From the human T2T-CHM13v2.0 reference genome, Homo sapiens, in NCBI RefSeq assembly GCF_009914755.1, contig NC_060946.1: DNA of 64,000 nt, one strand, 5' to 3'. Positions 13,199-25,188 of the stretch are shown piece after piece. A program made the translations under genes and the position numbers. Below the pieces are notes generated by a model, which was given only the letters and a program-made list of their open reading frames with translations, had not been told where the DNA came from and made no database searches. Every line of letters begins with the position of its first letter. Position 1 is the first letter of the stretch.

Positions 13199-13252
13199 GA
13201 TGAGTGCACTTTTCCTTGGTGTGGGAGTGAGGGCAGAGGAAGCTGGAGCGAG
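13199..13252 (+). CDS. APOL1: APOL1 exon 4 (54 nt, skippable in frame)
   Basis: cag|...AG|gtgagt; encodes MSALFLGVGVRAEEAGAR. Confidence 0.97.
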
Positions 13253-13434
13253 GTGAGTGTCTGCAAATAGCAGATGATGGGGGCTCAGTGATAGACAAAC
13301 AATCTGGTTTAGGTTGGTCTTGGTGTTTGCTTCCACCCCAGAGAGATTTGCAGAGCCCCGGCTGCTCAAGCAAGCCTCCCTCTGTCCACTGGTGGCTCAC
13401 ATTTGATCCCACAATTTGTTTTCTCCTCCTCAAG

Positions 13435-13523
13435 GGTGCAACAAAACGTTCCAAGTGGGACAGATACTGGAGATCCTCAAAGTAAGCCCCTCGGTGACTG
13501 GGCTGCTGGCACCATGGACCCAG
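13435..13523 (+). CDS. APOL1: APOL1 exon 5 (89 nt)
   Basis: aag|...G|gtaggc; encodes VQQNVPSGTDTGDPQSKPLGDWAAGTMDP. Confidence 0.97.
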
Positions 13524-14374
13524 GTAGGCTCACCTCCTCTTCCCTGCTGGTTCCTACTCGCACTTAGAATGGAGGGTGGCACCTCCACAGCTGAGTGAGC
13601 CCCAGAAGAACCCGGATGGACTAGGAGGCCAATGAGTCTGCCCAAAGCAGCAGAAGAGGTCACGTGGAGTCCCCCGACCCAGGGGTCTGGGGGTCATCTG
13701 CATCCTGACCTCTCCTTAGGGTGACACGGCCCAGGTGCCCACTTCCTCCCTACCCTGGCACCTAGCAAATGACTCAAGTGGGGCAGGACATCCTTGGGGA
13801 AGTGGAATCAGCAGGGGGGGGCGGGAGTGTGGGGAGAGCAGGGTCCAGGAGGAGAGGAGGGCTGGGAGAGGAGGTTGACCAGCAGCCCCGACCTGTCACC
13901 TCCCGCTCTGCTCCAAGCTGACCTTGGGGTGTTTCCACCTGAGGCTGGTCCCCTCCCTCCAGCTCTTGCCCTGCCCTAGCCCCTTTGCTCTGAGTGGCCC
14001 TGTGGGAATGTATCGGGCCTGATTCAGCTTCCAGCTTAACTGGACCCCGGTCTGTCCTTTGCCACATCCCCTCTGTGTGACCTGGCGCTCCTTACCTCCC
14101 TTCTCCTGTACCATGAGAATAATATTTCCCCATGTTGTCTTGAGGATCAAATATAACACGGCTACCTGGCCTGGCCAGTGCCTGCCACACAATAGGGCCT
14201 CCCTAAGGGCTGGTACCCATCCCCTCTACTGGTCCCCTGTTGATTCCAGGTGGAAGCCACCCCGTCCCCCCCCAGCTGTGTTAGGGCACCCGCCCTGCCC
14301 TGCCCATCACAAGCACCTGCTTACCAGGGATGACTGCCTCAGGCAGGGGCTGAGTTCAGTCATCTAAAATACCC

Positions 14375-15253
14375 CCGGTCAAAGAAAAATCTGAGGCCCA
14401 ATAGAATTTTAAAGAGTTAATTGAGTAAGAAAGGATTGCTGAATTGGGAAACAGCAAACTGGAGGAGGCTTCGTGCTATGGTGAAAAAGTGTCGGAGACA
14501 AGGTTTATCGGGTGAATATGAAACTGCAGTAAGGACATTATTTGATTGGTTGCACTTACAAAACTGCCTGTTTGGGTTTACCTTGTTGGAAAATCCCTGG
14601 TCACGTTGGTGCCAGTGTGAGTTTAGGGAGGTCTCCGAATACAGGTGAGACCGGAACTTAGCCTTGCCCAGGTTTTTGATGCTGAAGAGAGAAAAAAGTC
14701 AAAGCAAAAGCAAATCAGCTTTTAGTGCAAAACAGAAGTGCAGGCTCAGGGGTGGGAGTGCAGGCGGACTCAGAAGAGCCAGTCGGGCCCAGTGGAGTTT
14801 GGGGTTCTTGTCTTTGCTGGTTTATTAAATTAAGGTGTGGAGTAAGCATAAGGATTTCTGGGAAGAGGTGGGGATTTCTTGGAATTGGGAGGGCAATGCA
14901 GTTTTGTACCAAACATGGGCATACATGGAACGGCTGTGGTGCGGGTGGGTGTGGGGTTTAGTGAGACAAGGAGGGTATGATTGAGTGTGAGGCAAAACGT
15001 GGGTCAGACCCAGCGCCGAGTTGGATCTCACTGGTCTTAGCTGAATTGGCCACTTCCTGTTTGTCAGGATCCTGTGGGCCCGTCCCCTCCCCCTGTCCCT
15101 ACAGGTGGTTTCAGCAACTCCTTCTGTGTCTGTCATGTGAACCTGCTGCCTGGAGTTCTTGTTTCTTCTGTGACCTCCCAGTATCCACATCTCAGCATGG
15201 CCCTCTGTCAGCTGGCTTTAAGTTTTGTTTGTATCTAACAGAAGTACCCATCT
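14375..15253 (-). mobile_element. Probable nested ERV1-class LTR fragments in APOL1 intron 5
   Basis: Antisense LTR-like motifs; family not resolved. Confidence 0.4.
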
Positions 15254-15575
15254 GATATGACCCCAGTTGAGTTTCCCATAGCTTGCAGTTTCAGGGGGTT
15301 ACAGCTGTTCTAAAGGCCTCGTAGGTATTGTCTGTCCAGGAATGTTTCAGGGCTGGTTTTTGTTTTAATTTTGCTTTTATATCCACCAGCCCCACCACAT
15401 CAAGAAATACACAGATTTAGTGCCAGAGGTTCCTTCCATCCAAACCTGGGTTTCCTTCCTCCTTTTGGTGAAGAAGGAAAAAGAAAAAACAAGACAATCG
15501 CTCGCCCAGCCAAGTCAGCATTGCGTTCATTTCCCTAAGCCCCATTTCCTCAGGAGGGCTTCCTCCCCTTACAGA

Positions 15576-15589
15576 GTTGCCATGGCAAC
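15576..15589. promoter_or_regulatory. Perfect RFX X-box palindrome
   Basis: GTTGCCATGGCAAC. Confidence 0.7.
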
Positions 15590-16229
15590 CAAGTCAGCTC
15601 TGCTCAGGAGCCGCCCTGGACAGCAAACTGGGCTGTGCTGAGTCCTGTCCAAGACGAGGGGAGGGCAGGGAAGATTAGAAGCCGAGAGCACTCAGCCGAC
15701 CCCGGAATCCTTACGAAGGGCTGGGCTGGGGGACTGAGGAAAAACTCTCCCCCCAAAACAAGATGATCTGTGGTTTAATAACAGGCCCAGCTGGGTCCAG
15801 AGGTGACAGTGGAGAGCCGTGTACCCTGAGACCAGCCTGCAGAGGACAGAGGCAACATGGAGGTGCCTCAAGGATCAGTGCTGAGGGTCCCGCCCCCATG
15901 CCCCGTCGAAGAACCCCCTCCACTGCCCATCTGAGAGTGCCCAAGACCAGCAGGAGGAATCTCCTTTGCATGGTAGTTGTACTCAATGCTGTGGAGTTTG
16001 AGACATTATTTTTAAACTTTAAATAGCCCCACAGGTAAGCTATAAGGGAGAATGCAGAGACCACAGGCATTTTCAAAACATAAGGAGTTTTAATGTTAAG
16101 GAGTTTAAGGAGAATGTCAAAGAAACATTGGCCTTGGAGTCAAATCCTGAGCTTCCTGCTTGATGGTTTTGGGCGGTGACTCTCGCTGTCTGGATTTTAC
16201 TTTCTTCTTCTGTGAATTAAGAATGAGGT

Positions 16230-16519
16230 GGCCGGGCACTGTGGCTCACGCCTGTAATCCCAACATTTGGGAGGCCGAGGCGGGCAGATCACAAGGTCAG
16301 GAGATCAAGACGATCCTGTCTAACACGATGAAACCCTGTCTCTACTAAAAATACAAAAAAAATTACCAGGCCTGGTGGCAGGCGCCTGTAGTCCCAGCTA
16401 CTCAGGAGGCTGAGGCAGGAGAATGGCATGAACCCAGGAGGCAGAGCTTGCAGTGAGCCAAGATCGCACCACTGCACTCCAGCCTGGGTGAGAGAGCAAG
16501 ACTCCATCCCCAAAAAAAA
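16230..16519 (+). mobile_element. AluY/Sc
   Basis: Full dimer; TSD AAGAATGAGGT at 16219-16229 and 16520-16530. Confidence 0.95.
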
Positions 16520-17211
16520 AAGAATGAGGTCTCTTGTGTGTGCACGGCAAGAAACAATTTTACATCATGCCTCAGTGCACACACAAATACATACTGGTCC
16601 CCAGTTCCTTATCTGCAATTCCATAATTCCCAGATCCCTGCAAACCACACGTTTTGGTGGCAGCTGACTTCAGGAGTAATCCTGCTCTGTACTGACTTGA
16701 GTTCTTTGTAGACCTACCATTATTTTTACATTTAATGTGAATATTTGCTTGTTTCACTGTTGAAACATGTGTGGGTGTGATTACAGGGAGCAGTCCAGCC
16801 TCTGCTGGGAATGGTCAGGAATATACCATATGCACCCCGTGTCCTTTCTAAAATAGTGGAAATTCTGAATGCCTAAACACATCTGGATTCCAGGAATTTA
16901 CATTAAGGGATATATATTTGAAATAACCCACAAAAACAATACTCACCCCTGCTACGCTTGGTACACTCTGATATTTTCAAATTGATTTTCTTTTTAAAAT
17001 GCTGCTTTTGAACCAATAATTTCATAACCCAATGATGTGTTGATATTCACATTTTGAAGACACTGGTATAAAGTGTTTGACCCAACAGGCACGTGGCAGA
17101 TGGAAGTGATCACTGGGATGTTTCCACTTCCTTGGCCTGGAAGGCTCACTTCATGTTGGTGCTGAGCTGAAAAGGATTCATTCCTCTGCAAAGCACCATG
17201 GCACTCCCCTG

Positions 17212-17579
17212 GTGTTTCAATGTTCTCAGGCTGCCATAGTAAAATATCACAGGCTGGGTGACTTCAACATCTGGCTTTTATTTTCTCACAGATCCAGAGG
17301 CAAGAAGTCCAAGGTGAAGGTGCCAAAAGGGTTGGAGTCTGGGGAGGACTCTCTTGCTGGCTTATGGAAGCTGCCTTTGCACTGTGTGCTCACACAGCCT
17401 TCTTGTGTCCCTTTCTGTTCTTACAATAGGACACTAGCCCTCTAATAGAATTAGAGCCCTACCCTTGTGATCTCATTCAGTCTTAATTGCTTCCTTAAAG
17501 CCCAGATCTCCAAATGTAGTCACCTGAGTTTAAAGCTTCAGCGTATGAATTTTGGGGGCACACAATTCCCTCTATAGCA
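17212..17579. mobile_element. MLT1 (MaLR) LTR
   Basis: ggctgccatagtaaaatatcacaggctgggtgactt...gaattttgggggcacacaattc. Confidence 0.7.
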
Positions 17580-17710
17580 CTAATGACTCCATAAAACAAG
17601 TCCCACATCACAGCTGTCCAGGAAAATTAACATGTAGTCATCTCTTATGCAATGGCTGTTATGCGCTCCCACACTTTCCTCCAACCTTATCCTTTCGTCT
17701 TTCCAACTAG

Positions 17711-17837
17711 AGAGCAGTATCTTTATTGAGGATGCCATTAAGTATTTCAAGGAAAAAGTGAGCACACAGAATCTGCTACTCCTGCTGACTGATAATGAGG
17801 CCTGGAACGGATTCGTGGCTGCTGCTGAACTGCCCAG
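17711..17837 (+). CDS. APOL1: APOL1 exon 6 (127 nt)
   Basis: tag|...AG|gtaagc; encodes [43 protein letters not shown]. Confidence 0.98.
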
Positions 17838-18204
17838 GTAAGCTCCATGGGGTTACCCCCATTGGGCACTCCGGCGATGCCACCCAGCTCTCCCCTGGGC
17901 TAGTTTTCCCTGACAGGCACACCTCCTCCAGGCAGCCCCCTCTGCTGGGCTTGAGGATGACCTTCTTGGCACTCCAGGAAGAATATTTCCTCCATGTCCT
18001 TCGCTGGCAGTGAGTAGCCTCAGGCTGAGGGGATAGGAAGCCCACAGGAACAGGGTCATTTCTGCCATCTGCTGGTGATGGGAACTTTGCCAGTTACTTT
18101 CTCACTTTCAGCCTTTCTTCATCAATGGAGTTTTATTGTGAGAAAAATGAGATCGTGCATGTAAAGTGCTTAGCATAATGACTGACACACAGTAGGTGCA
18201 CAGT

Positions 18205-20570
18205 TAACGTTAACATCTTACAAGCTTGGTGGAAACAGAACCAGGGTTAAGGATCTTCTTCTTGAAGATGGGAGCCCAGCAGGACTTGACCTTTGGGACA
18301 AGTCAGAAAAATCCTGACCTAACCAATGTGTGTTCCTGGGGATGCTGGCTGGAGCCCTTTTTCTCATCTGAGGAATTCCATAAACACGGCAGGACCCTTC
18401 TGCTGGTCCAGGATGCCGAGAGGCTGGAGTGGAGTTGCACAGCGCTGGGTCTCTTTCCAGCTCTGTCTGTGTCCAGTCCCTGGGCTCTGGGCTTATGTCA
18501 GAGACTGGAAACTGTCATCAGTCTAATAGGAATAGCAACTCAATGTGATAGGAGTGTGGTGAAGGCCTTAGAGGCAACTCCAGGTCAAAGGTGGGGAACC
18601 AATACCAAGATCCTGCCCAAAGGCCCAGAGAGACCGGGATCAGCGTCAGAGCCTGGAGTCAGGATGGAGCAAGAGTCAGCCTTGGTTGTAGGACAAGCAG
18701 GAAGGCTGGGGCACCAGGGCTGGGACTAGGGTGTGGAAAGAGAGGCACCAAGGGCTTGAAACTTAAGGAGGTCATGAACTTGCAGAGGACATGTGAGTGG
18801 GAGAGGGATATTTCTTCCCTGTCTGGATGATCCCAACACTCATGGGCATATAGGGTCATGGTTGCCTGTGTCTCTCACACCACGCCTTGGAACTGGCAAG
18901 TTCTGGGCTACCCTTTGAGACCTTCTTCTCTTCTACACAGAGAAACCCCTGACATTGACAAGCAGTATGTCTTAGTGACCATTTTCATAGTAGAATTAGT
19001 TGCTGCCAATTTGTGTAATTTCAGGGATACTGAGCAGACTCACAACTTCCCAACCAAGGAGGAAAACACTTCCTCTACCATCTTGTCCAAATTCAGGTCT
19101 TTTCAGCATTAGCAATTTATATAGGTGGTTCTGAAAGTGTTTTGAATCTTCTAGAGGTTCCATAAAATTGCAAATGGCCTTGGTGTGCACACAGGTGAAG
19201 CTGTCACTACTAAGGCATCAGTTAGGCTGGTGACACCTGCGAGTGAGACCTGGAAGTTTGGGGGTGCAGGTGGTAGGTCAGGAGGCAGTAAGGTGGCTGG
19301 AGCGTCCATGTGGAGCCAGAATGAATAGCCAGATCTCCCACTCCAGTCAGCTGGGGCAGTGGCCAGACCCAGTAGCCTTCAGCCAGGTGAAAGGGCATGA
19401 GGCATTGGAAGGGAGCAGATGCCAGGCAAAGTGAACTCCTGTCTCTCCGGGGTTTTGTTTTTGTTTGAATTCAAAGTACTCAGAGATAGCCAGACTGCAA
19501 TGTCTGAGGGCACCCTTACCTTTGACACCACCTGCAAATTTAAGGGGATTTCTAAATCCATCCTTTGATTTTGTAATTCACTGGAAGGACTCACATAACT
19601 CACTGAAAACTGCTATTTCACAATTGTGGTTGATCACACAGAAAGAACACAGATTAAAATCAGCCTAAGAAAGAGACACACGGGGCAGAGTTTGGGAGGG
19701 TTTTAAGTGTGAAGCTTCATTGTCCTCAGGACGCTGTGTTCTCCTGTGTGAATGTGGGACAAAACACATGCGGTGTTGCCAACCAGGGAAGCTCACCCAG
19801 TTAAGGAAAAATTCCTGTGAATCACATTAAACCAGAAATGAAGCCTTTTTTCAGGATTGTTGTTACAGGGGAGGGAGACTGAGCCCAGCTCCAAATATAG
19901 TAAAGACAGAGGGGGAGTCACAGCCAACACCAGGGTGGGGGCGGGAGATGGAACAGGACTGATAGGAGACACCAGAGTGGGGGGTTCCTGCTAAATTGGC
20001 CTAACAGGATTCTCACTAAAGGCAGGTCAGACACTCACCCATCAATGGTGGGGGTGAAGAGCATAATCAGATAGCAAAGCGTAATCAGACAGCAAGGGGG
20101 GAAGACCCTCCCTAAACTGACTTGGGGAGATTCTTGCTGAGCTGGGTGGTGCAGGTCCAGCAAGCAGTGGGTGGCTGTGGAAGGCCAAGGTCGGCGCCTA
20201 GTGGAGAAGAGGCTCAGAAGAGCCCAGCTGGAGTTGGTCAAGGAGAAAGTCCTTCTTTCTCAACCCATGCCTTAGTGTCCAGAGTATCTGCTGGGGCTGG
20301 ATCACAAGCTGCCCTCATGGCTGACCTGGAGTCTCCAGCCCCTCCCTGAGGTCTAACCCCTTTAGTCCCCGGGTCCTCTGGGATCAGGAAAGACACCAAA
20401 TAGCCCCAAACCCCATCATCCATCAGATTCCTATACGGTCCCGTGGCCAAATCACCAGGCAAAGACAGATGTTCCTACCAGGCAGGACATTCCAGGGGCC
20501 TGGAGATCACTTCCCAGGAGCTGAGGACAAAGGGAAGGCCTCTCTTTGGGTAAAGTTCATGCTTCACTTT
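18205..20570 (+). repeat. APOL1 intron 6 segment duplicated upstream; contains MER21-like LTR with nested LTR at 19799-20262
   Basis: Colinear with 1060-3450. Confidence 0.95.
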
Positions 20571-20927
20571 CCTGCCCTCCTGGGAATAAGGTCTCTTTGT
20601 CTCACTCTCACTGCTCTTTGTTCATCTGCAGAGTTTTCCCTCTCCAAACACTTTGGCAGTCACGGTGTTGACCTGCCCTTGAGTGAGGAGGCATCTTTAT
20701 CAAACACCTACCATGAAAGAGCATCTGAGATGCCTTTAAGATATTTATTTCCATATGGAATAAATATTGAGGAGTATCTATGATGAACAAAATGTGTTTG
20801 AGTTTGAAAGATAATTAATTCCATTTGTAAAATTTGTTTCTATTTGATCGATAGTGAAAGCTCTGCAATTTACACAGGATAGAGATCACATGGAGCTCAT
20901 TTCACAGACAAGGAAACTGCATTTCTT

Positions 20928-21224
20928 TTTTTTTTTTTTTTTTTGAGTTGGAGTCTTGCTCTGTCGCCCAAGCTGGAGTGCAGTGGCGTGATCTCGGCTC
21001 ACTGCAAGCTCTGCCTCCCGGTTCAAGCAATTCTCCTGCCTCAGCCTCCTGAGTAGCTGGGACTACAGGCGCCCACCACCACGCCCGGCTAATTTTTTGA
21101 ATTTTTGGTAGAGACAGGGTTTCACCGTGTTAGTCAGGATGGTCTCAATCTCCTGACCTTGTGATCCACCCGCCTTGGCCTCCCAAAGTGCTGGGATTAC
21201 AGGTGTGAGCCACCACGCCAAGCC
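20928..21224 (-). mobile_element. AluSc/Y, 40 nt upstream of the last APOL1 acceptor
   Basis: TSD AAACTGCATTTCTT at 20914-20927 and 21226-21239. Confidence 0.95.
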
Positions 21225-21264
21225 AAAACTGCATTTCTTAATCCTTTAACCTTTCCTTGTGCAG

Positions 21265-22502
<1,238 letters not shown>

Positions 22503-22737
22503 CAAATGCAAACATTTTATTAGGGGGATAAAGAGGGTGAGGTAAAGTTTATGGAACTGAGTGTTAGGGACTTTGGCATTTCCATAGCTGAGCACAGCAG
22601 GGGAGGGGTTAATGCAGATGGCAGTGCAGCAAGGAGAAGGCAGGAACATTGGAGCCTGCAATAAGGGAAAAATGGGAACTGGAGAGTGTGGGGAATGGGA
22701 AGAAGCAGTTTACTTTAGACTAAAGAATATATTGGGG

Positions 22738-23284
<547 letters not shown>

Positions 23285-23299
23285 TCAGTCAGGCAGCGG

Positions 23300-23721
23300 C
23301 TTCCTGATGATGGTCGTTGGGGTGGTTGTCATGTGATGGGTCCCCTCCAGGTTACTAAAGGGTGCATGTCCCCTGCTTGAACACTGAAGGGCAGGTGGTG
23401 GGCCATGGCCATGGTCCCCAGCTGAGGAGCAGGTGTCCCTGAGAACCCAAACTTCCCAGAGAGTATGTGAGAACCAACCAATGAAAACAGTCCCATCGCT
23501 CTTACCCGGTAAGTAAACAGTCAGAAAATTAGCATGAAAGCAGTTTAGCATTGGGAGGAAGCTCAGATCTCTAGAGCTGTCTTGTCGCCGCCCAGGATTG
23601 ACCTGTGTGTAAGTCCCAATAAACTCACCTACTCATCAAGCTGGACTTGTTCGAGTCATTCTTTGGTCTCTCAGCTCTTTCCAAGCTTTGGGGGTCATCA
23701 GTCTCAAGTTTTTCTCGTAAT
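23300..23721 (+). mobile_element. ERVL-class LTR-like sequence containing the APOL1 poly(A) signal
   Basis: LTR R/U5-like gtaagtcccAATAAActc...tttctcgtaa; 5' boundary uncertain. Confidence 0.5.
23618..23623 (+). terminator. APOL1: APOL1 polyadenylation signal
   Basis: AATAAA followed by a GU/U-rich downstream region. Confidence 0.8.
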
Positions 23722-24596
23722 GGTGGTGATGGTGGTTGTGATGGCAGCAGAGTGGTGGGGGCCTTGGCAAGTGGTCGGTGCTCTTCCAGACCAGGGGACA
23801 CCGATGGACCGATGAAGTTCCAGGGGAACTTGAAGTGCTGTGTTGGAAAGAGGTTAATTTGGGAAGAAAGGAAAAATGAAAGGAGATGCCAGGAACAGGT
23901 CAAGGAACCTTGAGGTGTGTCCAGGAGTTCAACCCCGCTTGTGGTCACGAGACCTCGCCTCTCTGAGCCTCAGTTTCCTCATCAGCTGTAGAAGGGTACC
24001 TGGACAAGGTGATGTCTCAGGTCCACCCAGCTCTCCCCATCTTGTGTCCTGGAGACTTGGGTCCAATCAGCACTGACTGATGGCTGTGCCTTTGTGGTGC
24101 CGATGGAGGCTCCCCTGGGCTCTGGGTGCCTGACTTCCCTTCCTCATGATCCTTCTTCCAGGGTCTCGGGAAACGAGGCTTCCATGGCCCCTCCTGCTTG
24201 CTCACTGGACTCTCACTTTCCCAGCTGGTCATTTCCCTGAGACCTCAAAACCCCACCAACCCCACTGGGGCACCCACAGAAAGCTTGTACATGTCTGGCT
24301 CTGGCTGAGCACAGGTGTGGTTTCCATCTGCGAGTCAGAGCCCGGGATTGACATGGGACGCTCGAGGCTGACTAGTGTCAGAGGGGCCTGTGTGCAGATT
24401 GGGAGAGGATTATCGAGTAATAGAGGGGCAAAGAGGGACATCCAGACAGCAAACACCCCCATCCAGTCTGTCCTCACGTTTTGCCCAGACTCCTGCAAGA
24501 ACTTCCAGAATGGTCTTCCATGTGCAACTGCCCGTCCCTGCCCATGTCCTGGACCATTCTCCACACTGCGCCAGGTTGGGCTTTAACAAGATCATG

Positions 24597-24856
24597 TTTT
24601 GGGTTTTTGGGGGTTTTTTGTTTGTTTGTTTGGTCTCACTCTGTTGTGAGGCTGGCGTCCCGTGGCATGAGCATGGCTCACTGCATCTTGGACCTCCCGG
24701 CCTCAAACTACCCTTCCACCTTGACCCCCTGAGTAGCTGGGACCATCCGTGTGTGCCACATTGCCCAGGCTGGTCTCAAACTCCTGAGTTCAGGTGATCT
24801 GTTCGCCTTGGCATTCCAATGGGCTGCAATTACAGACACGAGCCACCGTGCCCACC
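24597..24856 (-). mobile_element. AluJ
   Basis: Diverged antisense Alu. Confidence 0.85.
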
Positions 24857-25188
24857 TAAGAACATAGATTTGATCGAGCACCCACTTCTGACCATTCAAT
24901 GGCTTCCCATTACTCTTAGCACAAAGATGTAGGCCATGATGCTGCCTAAAGTAGCCTGTTGCGGCCTGGGGTCCTGTGAAGGAAGAGCCAGAGGCAACGT
25001 TCTGGTGCAGAGGGTTTCTAGGAAGTGATTCTAGGAGCAGAACTGAGGATCCAGGAGGGAAGGAGGAAACGTTGATACAAGAAGTTTTTGAATGGGCCAT
25101 CCATATGGGCAATGAGACCTTCTGAGGTGCCTTCAAGGAGCGTCCTCAGAATCTTTGTTTCCAGGGAGGAGACATGGAGGCCTTTATC

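Noticed and set aside
21257-21264. ORF-track start 'MCR' of the 296-aa ORF
   Set aside because: It is intronic (TTG); the exon begins at 21265 after the AG acceptor
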